From positions 42,972 to 106,971 of the IMG/VR virus record IMGVR_UViG_3300030397_000229: 64,000 nucleotides of DNA. One strand, given 5' to 3'. The notes under the pieces were generated by a model. That model had not been told where the DNA came from, did not search any database, and saw only the letters and a list, made by a program, of their open reading frames with translations. Below, one piece after another: positions 50,501 to 57,988 of the stretch. The stretch is from a virus. Made by a program: the position numbers and the translations under genes. Each line of letters starts with the position of its first letter. Position 1 is the first letter of the stretch.

Positions 50501-53183
50501 CACTGGTATACCACCTCTTGTGGACCTTACCGACGTGTCTATCGCTGGACCATCTGATGGTGATTTCGTCGGATGGGATACTGCTGGCAACAATTTCACT
50601 AATAGACCCTCCAACACGGGACAACCGCCTGTAGCAGACCTTAATGACGTATCTTTAGGTGGTGTTGAGCTTGAAGATGGCAACGTCCTTAGCTGGCTTG
50701 GGGCTACGTGGGTCAATGACAGCAGCCTGCCAACAGCTGTTGACACAAATACCTTTGATATAGCAAATGTCTCTGGTAACGCTGACGGTAACACAGACTC
50801 CATAAATGACAACACCTTTCACATAGGTAATATTTCTGGCTATCTGGACGATGTGTCTGGAGGTGTTCCTGACAACCTTACTGACCTAGATGATGTTAGT
50901 ATATCGTCACCTAGTGATGGAGATGTACTGTCATATGACGCTGGAAGTAGTGAATGGGTTAACAGCGCTGGTGATACAGGCAACCCGAACTTAGGTGAGC
51001 TGGCAGATGTATACGTTGCTGGTATATCTAGCGGCAGTATCCTTGAATACGATGGAAATAACTGGATAGGCACTGGTAATGCTGGTGCTGGTGGCGGTGA
51101 TACTGGCATACCTCCACTTGTTGATTTAGCAGACGTTTCCATTGCTGGGCCAGCCGACGGTGATTTTGTTGGTTGGGATACAGACGGTAATCAGTTCACA
51201 AACAGACCATCTGACACTGGACAGCCTAATTTCGGAGATCTGAGTGACGTCTCTGTCGCGGGACTCAGTAGTGGTGATGTACCTGAATGGGACGGTGGTA
51301 CCTGGAGAGCCACAGGAGACTTCACAAACCGTCTGGCAGGTCATGATGACAGATTAGACGATGCCGAGGGAGATATAGCCTGGACTGATTTCCAACTTGG
51401 TGAGCTGTCGGGTCATGTTACCACTGTATCTGGCAATGTTGAGGGTGTTGGCAACAAGCTTGGCCTGGTTTCTGGACAGGTGGTCACTAACACTGTTGAT
51501 ATTCTTGTCAATGAAGCTGCTGCCACTGCAGCTATTCAGCAGAATGAACATGACATACGTATTACTTCTGGCAATGCAGACTATACACAGTTTGAACTAG
51601 GTAATCTCTCTGGCCACGTATCTGACATCTCAGGTCAGCTTGGTGGTGGCGGTGGAGGTAACTATCACGGAGAGCTGTTCAGTGGTGTTGCTGTTGATAT
51701 ACTAGCTGACTCCTTTGTAACCTACTCAGGTGCTGTATTCTATACCCCCGATGCTGTGTCCTATGACGGTGGAGATGATACTCCATGGGCATGGAAGAAG
51801 CGGGGTTATGGTCTGTCTGGTGCGCATCCATTCCAGCTAGTCTCAAGAGGGTGGAACCCAGATGTTATATTTAACCCAGCTCCTGTTGTGCTGGGTGGTG
51901 GTATACTGAGTATAGGCGCTGGTGTAGGATCACATCAGGAGTTCTTTGAAGAGCAGGGTGGTTTCCCAGGCACTGAAGCACTAGGCATCCCCACTCTTGT
52001 AGTTGATGTCCACGGTCCTGATGACGAGGAGTCTGTAGGTCTCACAGTACAGACAGGTACAGGATTCTATGATGGTAGGCTGGAGTTAGTTCTATCTCAC
52101 GGCCTGACAGGTGGTACTGGAACCTCAGGCGACATGATGGGTGTGGCTCAAGCCCTACAAGTATATGTTGACGTAAGAGGTGGACTTGACTTTAATAATG
52201 AGGGTGCTATATGTGTTCAAACAGGCACAGGCATCTCTATCGTTGACGGCCTAGTACAGATTAATGCTGAGGATGCTGGTGTTCTAAGACACTCAGACTA
52301 TGGCATACATTCTATACTCTTTACAGACAACTCTGTACCTTCTGTTGTAGAAGGCAAGGGCCTTAGTAACAACGCTATTATAGGCCGTAAAGGCGCTAAC
52401 CTTATCGATGAGATAGTATTCGGTGACACTGAGTTCTTGTGTAAGACTGGTGCTGGTGTCGGACTAGATACTATGACTGCTGGTGATGTCAACCATCTAC
52501 TGAACCAGCATGGTTCAATAACTCATCATGACTACGATGATAAGGGTGACTTACAGGTAGGCCAGGCCAACAATGAGTACTTCAAGCTGCCTATAGATGA
52601 CAATGATGCTATGCTTATGGTTGATACCAACCAAGGTGTTGGCATGAAGTGGGCTGCTGGTACTATGATAAGAGATGCCCACAGAGAGCAGTTCTATACA
52701 GGTTATCACTACTCTAGTTCAGGAGATTTCCCACCTGATCCTGAGGATGGCTTTAGATGGCGTCAAGAGAATGAGTGGTGGACATTCCATAGTGGTGCTA
52801 CTGGCTGGATAGGTGATACTACTTATCATATGGAAGCGGGTGGTGTGCATAACCCAACGTCATGGCTCCGTATGTATAACGACACATCCATGGCATATGC
52901 CAGTACACAGGGTGACGTCATGGTTCATGACTGTATTATATACGATATGCAGGGCTGGACTTATGGCGCTAGCACTGTTGATGTAGTAATGACTGATGAT
53001 GGCTCTATTATCAATGAGGCTATTATATCTTTCAGTTCTAACAGAAAGGCGACAAACGAAGAATGTTGGAAAGGTGGAGTAAAGATAGCGAAGGAAAGCA
53101 TCGTAGGTTTCCGGGCCAGAAACGGAACGGTATCCACAGCCTACAAGATGTCAGCTCGTCTGAAGAGATTCAAGGACGTATAA
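47595..53183 (+). CDS. Giant repeat-rich tail fibre / adhesin
   Basis: 1862 aa with an Ig-like 'PRIVETYPP' segment, tandem 'L.DL.DV...DGD...(W/Y)DG..W.N/ATG' repeats and coiled-coil spacers. Confidence 0.75.
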   Translation: MALLTATFKITKGRGVLDVDAFIRSAIGRDVSLIRGLDAVSLNDSTTQITLSYLDRPESVVDITNPIQGLLAGTGDGPDQYYIQYTAPIQFSSVTGGSQVLFNDLELTETDRFFLEAESASHIVAVNISGLYSDTGADVHNMIVDDTVLDLKGNKQPHSHLGGFTVTPAASSYLGHEEVYPANQRRGVVKLRYTTIDTSVATDRLVKERVGPGKELIAFATAKKSEKTTELFMLVLERPEPRIVETYPPLGALYPKDTPVDTVHLTFAQDLDRDQVENEPILSLNEFFGTTTQVSTSYVSLLSDDRTVKFKILEFLDDNAIVNQYPSVIIQTGLKTDAGVLLSKPYLIPYANNVNLARADVTGGTISGSSATGVATAFGDLTDVDLGTLGSGELPEYDGTRWVNTGTVRDRLDGHDDDIDKNAFDIDNVSGDTDRNTDDIGDLSGHLGRVSGQTDDNTDDISDNSFHINNISGYLDDVSGQLVDVIDDLDDVIVGTPSSGDILEYDGTNWIATGNDGSDTGIPPLVDLSDVSIAGPVDGDVPTWDGSNWVNRASDTGQPPIDDLDNVDITDLSVDDILQYDGNNWIATGNDGGDTGIPPLVDLADVNVAGPLDGDSVQWDGGSSTWVNRPSDTGTPPIDDLINVDITDLGANDILQYDGNNWIATGNDGGDTGIPPLVDLTDVSIAGPSDGDFVAWDTAGDQFTNRPSDTGQPPVDDLINVDITDLSSGLVLEYDGTAWVATGIGGMDGADTGIPPLVDLSDVSIAGPADGDFVGWDTDGNGFVNRPSHTGFPPVGDLTDVTLGGSSLSSGDVMRWDGGSDWINDPDLGREVDKHGYDIGNISGYLDDVSGDVPTFINDLDDVLVLTPSEGQQLEYSSDLSRWVNRPGDTGEPPLVNLADVSLGSPSDGDAVTWDTAGDQWVGRPSDTGQPPIDDLINVDITDLSSGHILEYDGTAWVTTGLGDMDGSDTGIPPLVDLTDVSIAGPSDGDFVGWDTAGNNFTNRPSNTGQPPVADLNDVSLGGVELEDGNVLSWLGATWVNDSSLPTAVDTNTFDIANVSGNADGNTDSINDNTFHIGNISGYLDDVSGGVPDNLTDLDDVSISSPSDGDVLSYDAGSSEWVNSAGDTGNPNLGELADVYVAGISSGSILEYDGNNWIGTGNAGAGGGDTGIPPLVDLADVSIAGPADGDFVGWDTDGNQFTNRPSDTGQPNFGDLSDVSVAGLSSGDVPEWDGGTWRATGDFTNRLAGHDDRLDDAEGDIAWTDFQLGELSGHVTTVSGNVEGVGNKLGLVSGQVVTNTVDILVNEAAATAAIQQNEHDIRITSGNADYTQFELGNLSGHVSDISGQLGGGGGGNYHGELFSGVAVDILADSFVTYSGAVFYTPDAVSYDGGDDTPWAWKKRGYGLSGAHPFQLVSRGWNPDVIFNPAPVVLGGGILSIGAGVGSHQEFFEEQGGFPGTEALGIPTLVVDVHGPDDEESVGLTVQTGTGFYDGRLELVLSHGLTGGTGTSGDMMGVAQALQVYVDVRGGLDFNNEGAICVQTGTGISIVDGLVQINAEDAGVLRHSDYGIHSILFTDNSVPSVVEGKGLSNNAIIGRKGANLIDEIVFGDTEFLCKTGAGVGLDTMTAGDVNHLLNQHGSITHHDYDDKGDLQVGQANNEYFKLPIDDNDAMLMVDTNQGVGMKWAAGTMIRDAHREQFYTGYHYSSSGDFPPDPEDGFRWRQENEWWTFHSGATGWIGDTTYHMEAGGVHNPTSWLRMYNDTSMAYASTQGDVMVHDCIIYDMQGWTYGASTVDVVMTDDGSIINEAIISFSSNRKATNEECWKGGVKIAKESIVGFRARNGTVSTAYKMSARLKRFKDV
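48730..51300 (+). repeat. Tandem fibre repeats including seven DTG(I/E)PPLV(D/N)L units
   Basis: Units begin at 49149, 49374, 49605, 49845, about 50260, 50499 and 51099. Confidence 0.9.
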
Positions 53184-53224
53184 AGATAGGTGGACTTGAC
53201 ACCAAGGACCAAGGAGTAGCCAGT

Positions 53225-53620
53225 ATGCCAGATCCCACAGTAGACGAGATCATAGCAAGAGAAGCAGCTAGGCGAGCGCGTAGAGAGGGCAAGGCTAGGC
53301 GTGCATTTAGACGCCATAGAAATGCCACGCTGCATCTATGCAGAACATTAGCCAATACTATGGGCCATCCTGCTGCAGCAGGTGATATAAATGGTCTCAT
53401 ACACCCCAATGATACCTCTCTTACTGCCGGTGAGCTGACTGAGGCTGAAAGCTTGGAGATAGAGGATCAGCATGATCCTGATGATGCCCTCTTGGCCTCT
53501 TCATTAAATGCCCATGAGACTATAAGGGATACAGCTATAGATGACTGTGCTGCTATTGCTCAAACCAGAGGTCTGCCTGCTTTACGTCAGGCCTTTTTGG
53601 ATCTTAAGCACGGGAGATAA
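53225..53620 (+). CDS. Hypothetical protein, possibly fibre assembly chaperone (positional call)
   Basis: Likely start ATG 53225 after SD AAGGAG, rather than 53063 which lies inside the fibre gene. 131 aa, helical. Confidence 0.5.
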   Translation: MPDPTVDEIIAREAARRARREGKARRAFRRHRNATLHLCRTLANTMGHPAAAGDINGLIHPNDTSLTAGELTEAESLEIEDQHDPDDALLASSLNAHETIRDTAIDDCAAIAQTRGLPALRQAFLDLKHGR

Positions 53621-53622
53621 TC

Positions 53623-55974
53623 ATGGCCAATCCTAAGCTCAAAGTAATAATACCAAACCTGCCCAACTTTGTGGCCAGGGGCACATGTCCTATACTAAAG
53701 ACAGACTTCCAGAGATTTCCCTGCCCATACTACCTCAAGCACCCCCTAAATGGTAGTAAGCTGCCTACTCAATGGGAGCTGGTAGCTGAGCTAGACGAGT
53801 ACATGATTGTGGAGTTCATGTGCAACGTCAACAATGAGGACAAGCGCACTAGGCTTAACTATCTAGTGATTGGTGATGAGTATGAGTTTGAGCTCATGCC
53901 AGACCCATCTCCTACGGTCATACCGCCATTCATGAGCAACTTGGTGACTATTGCACAGACACCAGGCATGATCAATTATGTGATAACAGACCAGAGTGGC
54001 ACTGATCATACCTATTCTATATCTGGCTATAACCCTGCTACTGACAAATTACACAGAGCAGGCCAATGTATGATTACTCTCCAGAAGTATATAGACTTCG
54101 GAGACAACTTTGGTGGCATGCATGTGTGGATAAGTGTGCAGGCTGGAGTGCCCATGATATATCTCCAGACTAACTGGACTAATGGGGCAATCAACTCCTC
54201 AGGTACAGCCAGAGGTCATGCATACTTCGGAGCTAGCAGGATAGATGCTCCTCCGTCTATCACATGGAGGCAGCAGTACTTACAGAATGGTATAGCCCTG
54301 CCTGGCTACCACTTCGGTCCATTCTTCCACATGATACCACAGCGCTTTGAGAGGAGTGACCGACTCATACTGGCAGACAATGACTTCACAGGGCCTGATG
54401 ACTGGGATGCACCCACTGTCTCAACAGACCTTATAGATGAGCTGCGTAAGTCACCTGGCTGGGGTATATTTGACAGGTGGGACAAGGTGCCTGCATGGAT
54501 GCCTCAGGCATTACAGATACCAAACCTAGATCACGTAGGTAATAAAGAAACTGTCATTATCAACCAGGCTAATAATGACAGAAATAGGTACTTTAATGGC
54601 CAGACTAGTCAGTCAGGCTCTATAGGAGGTGGCTTCCTATTTGGTGACCCCATACCTAATGTGCTATGGCCTACTGGAGGCAACGAATATGGAGGCACAT
54701 CAGGTGGTAATGGCATCAGTCAGTACGATGGCTGTGTGCATGCCCAGGTAAACAGCTTCTATGTGCTCGTACAGCTACATATCGAACAGATAAGAGAGAG
54801 CTGTAGGCAGATGGGGCATATATATGAGAACAACGGTGACGTGTTGAACTCTGATAACTACCTGAATGGCAATGGTAGTACACCATGGCAGCTATCTAAC
54901 TCATTCTTTGAGAATGAGGGCACAGCAGACAACCCATGGAACTGGGATAGTGCTACGCATCCACCTGGTACGTGTCCTTATGAGTTCCCACTGGTGTTCG
55001 TATGGAACCCACTTTACTCAGGCTGGCAGGCTTATGACAACCAGCATCTAGTGAGATATACTAAGTCACAGAAGATGCTGTGCTGGCTTGACAATGACCC
55101 TCTAGCTCAGCTATATCTACAAGCCAGGGCTGAGCTCATTAAGATGGCTTTCCATCCTAATACCATCAATGGAGATCTCAACATACCTACTACCAACTTC
55201 GCCAATGGATCTGGCTATGGTAGAGAGCTCTCCTGGTCTATGGACTGTATAGCAGCGGCCTATGCTGTCTCAGTCCATCCCTTCGATCAGCCACTTAGGG
55301 CCAGGTGGACGGAGTGGATCGAAACCGCTAAGCACCACTTCATTAGAAAGCAGATGAAGAATGGCTACCTGTCCGCCATCAATTCTGGCAAGATTGCCGA
55401 AGACCCACCCTTGGGTACTGGCCCGCCACAGAATATATGTAACTACTGGGGTCATAGAACTAACGAGCAAGCCACGCTTGTGCATGGCATAGTTGGTATT
55501 AAGAACACGTATGGTGACTCTACTGGTGAGCTAGAGGTGCTTATTGCTAGGGTAGGTGAGGCTATCAGAGACTATGGTTGGCACGAGGATGCGCCTGTTC
55601 CTAACGGCCCCATTGAGAGGTATCCTGCTGGTATCAACGAGGGTAGTACAGGTACTGGTAGATTTGACTCCAGGTCAGGTTGGCCCACAGATCTATTCGA
55701 TGCTATCAATGCTATCGTGGGTCCAGGTGGTCAGCCCAACTTCTTCGATAACTTCCAGACTCCTACCTTGATGGCTCATGGCAGAATGGAGGGCGCTACT
55801 GGTGCAGATACTGGTCAGTCTGGTGTCACACTGTTAGGCCCAGACATGATCAATAGATATTTTGACATGACTAACACCAGTACTACAGGTGGGCTACAGG
55901 CATGGAGTAACAACCAGTTGATTGACAATATATCTAATCTGGCTAATACTCACAGATTCATTCAGGATCTATAA
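53623..55974 (+). CDS. Large putative carbohydrate-active/enzymatic protein, paralog of 60100-62034
   Basis: 783 aa sharing PQR(F/M)ERS, LWP.G..YGG..GG, PWNWD, D.QH..R, WL.NDPL..LYL and KIAEDPP motifs with the 644-aa ORF. The enzymatic role is inference. Confidence 0.45.
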   Translation: MANPKLKVIIPNLPNFVARGTCPILKTDFQRFPCPYYLKHPLNGSKLPTQWELVAELDEYMIVEFMCNVNNEDKRTRLNYLVIGDEYEFELMPDPSPTVIPPFMSNLVTIAQTPGMINYVITDQSGTDHTYSISGYNPATDKLHRAGQCMITLQKYIDFGDNFGGMHVWISVQAGVPMIYLQTNWTNGAINSSGTARGHAYFGASRIDAPPSITWRQQYLQNGIALPGYHFGPFFHMIPQRFERSDRLILADNDFTGPDDWDAPTVSTDLIDELRKSPGWGIFDRWDKVPAWMPQALQIPNLDHVGNKETVIINQANNDRNRYFNGQTSQSGSIGGGFLFGDPIPNVLWPTGGNEYGGTSGGNGISQYDGCVHAQVNSFYVLVQLHIEQIRESCRQMGHIYENNGDVLNSDNYLNGNGSTPWQLSNSFFENEGTADNPWNWDSATHPPGTCPYEFPLVFVWNPLYSGWQAYDNQHLVRYTKSQKMLCWLDNDPLAQLYLQARAELIKMAFHPNTINGDLNIPTTNFANGSGYGRELSWSMDCIAAAYAVSVHPFDQPLRARWTEWIETAKHHFIRKQMKNGYLSAINSGKIAEDPPLGTGPPQNICNYWGHRTNEQATLVHGIVGIKNTYGDSTGELEVLIARVGEAIRDYGWHEDAPVPNGPIERYPAGINEGSTGTGRFDSRSGWPTDLFDAINAIVGPGGQPNFFDNFQTPTLMAHGRMEGATGADTGQSGVTLLGPDMINRYFDMTNTSTTGGLQAWSNNQLIDNISNLANTHRFIQDL

Positions 55975-56991
55975 ACAGTGTGCTCTATTCTCTGCAATAG
56001 AATTAGCACTACATCTCTTCACGTAGGCTTTCTGTCTGAACTGTGTCAGGTCACTAGCTCCAACATATGACATAGCAGATCTGATGCCATCACATATATC
56101 TTTGACAATAGCCTCAGTACTACCTGTAGGTAGTCTTTTAATTGAGGTTTCTATACCTTCCCTGTATTCGCTCCCATTTAGCCCGTATGAGGACTTGGCA
56201 GAGGCCGAGGCCATACCCCTAAAAGGTACTGTGCTGCCCTCAGAGCCTCTCTCAAACCATCCTGGGACACAATCAGATCCAGCCAGCATTCCACCTACCA
56301 TAATGGCCTTAGCACCGGCAGCCAGAGCAATGGCAGCATGACCTGGTTGCTTGATACCACCATCAGCTATAATAGGAGGCCCAGAGTACCCTATGTTAGC
56401 ACAGTCTTCAACTGCACTAAATTGAGGAACACCACACCCTGTCTTAATTCTAGTAGTACAGGCACTACCACCTCCTATGCCTACCTTAATTATATCAGCT
56501 CCGAACATACGTAGATCAGTAGTAGCTTGCTTAGTGCATACATTGCCAGCTATGATGGGGACACTTACTCTCTCCGCAATATACTGACATGTATCTCTCA
56601 TGTGCTCAGAATGGCCATGGGCCATGTCAATACATATAACTATCTTGGCTAAATTAGATAGCTTACAGACTAGATCAATTCTTTCTTGGTCATTGGCTAA
56701 GCAGCCCACCGCTATCCCTAGCCACTTGTCCTCATATACTTCTATCCAGTTGTCAACATAAGCCTTGAGTGGTTCTATAGGTAAATATCTATGAAGAATA
56801 CCCAGACCACCGAGCTCTGCCATCTTAGCAGCCATTTTAAATTCAGTAATGGTATCCATGTTGGCAGAAATAACTGGTATCTTCAGGTCAATTCCTGCAA
56901 ACCCAGTGCTTATGTCTACATCTGACCTGCTCATAATAGTAGAGTACTTGGGCGTGATCAGGACGTCATCGTATGTTAGCAATTCATTCAT
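55969..56991 (-). CDS. IMP dehydrogenase / GMP reductase family enzyme, no CBS domains
   Basis: 'LTYDDVLITP', 'PVISANMDT', 'IDMAHGHS', 'IAGNV', catalytic loop 'KVGIGGGSACTTR', 'IIADGGI', 'FRGMAS'. Likely start ATG 56991. Confidence 0.92.
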   Translation of the reverse strand: MNELLTYDDVLITPKYSTIMSRSDVDISTGFAGIDLKIPVISANMDTITEFKMAAKMAELGGLGILHRYLPIEPLKAYVDNWIEVYEDKWLGIAVGCLANDQERIDLVCKLSNLAKIVICIDMAHGHSEHMRDTCQYIAERVSVPIIAGNVCTKQATTDLRMFGADIIKVGIGGGSACTTRIKTGCGVPQFSAVEDCANIGYSGPPIIADGGIKQPGHAAIALAAGAKAIMVGGMLAGSDCVPGWFERGSEGSTVPFRGMASASAKSSYGLNGSEYREGIETSIKRLPTGSTEAIVKDICDGIRSAMSYVGASDLTQFRQKAYVKRCSANSIAENRAHCL

Positions 56992-57004
56992 AATATAAAC
57001 CCCA

Positions 57005-57595
57005 ATGAACATTTCCGTATATAATCCGGCTCCCACCTACATAATAATAGACGACATCATAACTCCGGAGCTAGCTCAGCATATGATGGATGTTGTTGAT
57101 GTTTTAGGGACCGACTCCAACTACACAGGGAATAGAAATACCCTAGAGAGACGGCTGCAACCCTATATGCACAGAGGGTTTATAGCAGGTACCGCAGAAG
57201 ATCGAAAAGAAGTTGAAATAATCGCGGAACTTTCCCGTATAACTAGTAGTCTAACTAGTTATATAGCAGACGTGTTTAAGAATAGTGCTCTAGATACTAT
57301 CACAGGACATAGAGGCTTCTGGCTTATGAAGTATGGTCCTGGTGGAGAGTTTGAAGAGCACGTAGACTGGTCCACTGACGACGACAAGCAGTCTACTCCA
57401 GCAGTTGCCACTCTGTGTATCAAATTAAATGATGAATATACAGGTGGCACTACTCTTATTAATGGCTCACCTATAGACGTACCTCAGTATGGTGGTGCTA
57501 TATGGGACGGTTGGACCTATCACACAGCTGAGCCAGTAGAAGAGGGAGACAGATACGTCTGCGTGATACATTTCTTAGGTACTCTTAAGGTTTAA
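57005..57595 (+). CDS. 2OG-Fe(II) oxygenase, prolyl 4-hydroxylase-like
   Basis: HxD...H triad ('FEEHVD' ... 'YHTAEPVEEGDRY') and 'LCIKLNDEYTGG' match the 2OG-FeII_Oxy_3/P4Hc pattern. Confidence 0.85.
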   Translation: MNISVYNPAPTYIIIDDIITPELAQHMMDVVDVLGTDSNYTGNRNTLERRLQPYMHRGFIAGTAEDRKEVEIIAELSRITSSLTSYIADVFKNSALDTITGHRGFWLMKYGPGGEFEEHVDWSTDDDKQSTPAVATLCIKLNDEYTGGTTLINGSPIDVPQYGGAIWDGWTYHTAEPVEEGDRYVCVIHFLGTLKV

Positions 57596-57859
57596 ATGAA
57601 AGTAAAAATAAACATTACCCCTCAAGATATGGAGCAAGGCGAGCCCTGGTCTGATATCAACTGTCCGGCAGCTCTAGCCCTAGCCAGAAGCACAGGTCGA
57701 GAGGTCTCAGTAGGCTATGGTAGGATAGAGATAGATGGTATAGGGTTCTTTAAGATCCCCAAGGCAGTAGCAGAGTTCGTCAGGAAGTTCGATCTCTATG
57801 AGGATAACTATAGAAATATATATACAATCAACAAGGAGTTCAATCTATTTAAGTATTAA
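57596..57859 (+). CDS. Small conserved phage hypothetical protein
   Basis: 87 aa with 'INITPQDMEQG...CPAALALAR' pattern. TAAATG-coupled to the oxygenase. Confidence 0.6.
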   Translation: MKVKINITPQDMEQGEPWSDINCPAALALARSTGREVSVGYGRIEIDGIGFFKIPKAVAEFVRKFDLYEDNYRNIYTINKEFNLFKY

Positions 57860-57985
57860 TTGAGACGGTCGTTGTGGTTCATTTTGAATATCTTTTATTA
57901 GTTTATATATACTGAGCCTAGTCTTTCTCTTCCTTATAGCTTGTCTTACTGCGGGAGGGAAGAAGTTTATTCTTTGTCTTGCCAT
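57845..57985 (-). CDS. Possible 46-aa basic protein (MARQRINFFPPAVRQAIRKRK...)
   Basis: Read manually. It starts 3 nt after the stop of the upstream minus-strand ORF and fills the gap. Confidence 0.4.
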   Translation of the reverse strand: MARQRINFFPPAVRQAIRKRKTRLSIYKLIKDIQNEPQRPSQLILK

Positions 57986-57988
57986 GCG

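Noticed and set aside
44160-53183. Diversity-generating retroelement or CRISPR array suggested by repeats
   Set aside because: The repeats are in-frame protein repeats that differ at synonymous positions of all four bases, not adenine-specifically. No reverse transcriptase, template repeat, constant DNA repeat or spacers were found.
53063-53224. Longer starts given by the ORF track (53063; also 28114, 57036, 63147)
   Set aside because: They use alternative start codons overlapping neighbouring genes or a terminator. Downstream ATGs with an SD or TAATG coupling fit better.
53184-53224. TTGACA and tandem CCAAGGA repeat upstream of the 131-aa ORF as a promoter
   Set aside because: There is no matching -10 hexamer at canonical spacing, and the second repeat copy is explained by the SD.
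1075-55771. Dozens of short ORFs on the minus strand or in alternate frames inside the long plus-strand genes, including the Pro/Gly-rich 19485-19937
   Set aside because: They are fully nested in long coupled genes and have no independent motifs. 19485-19937 is simply the antisense mirror of the GPG repeat.
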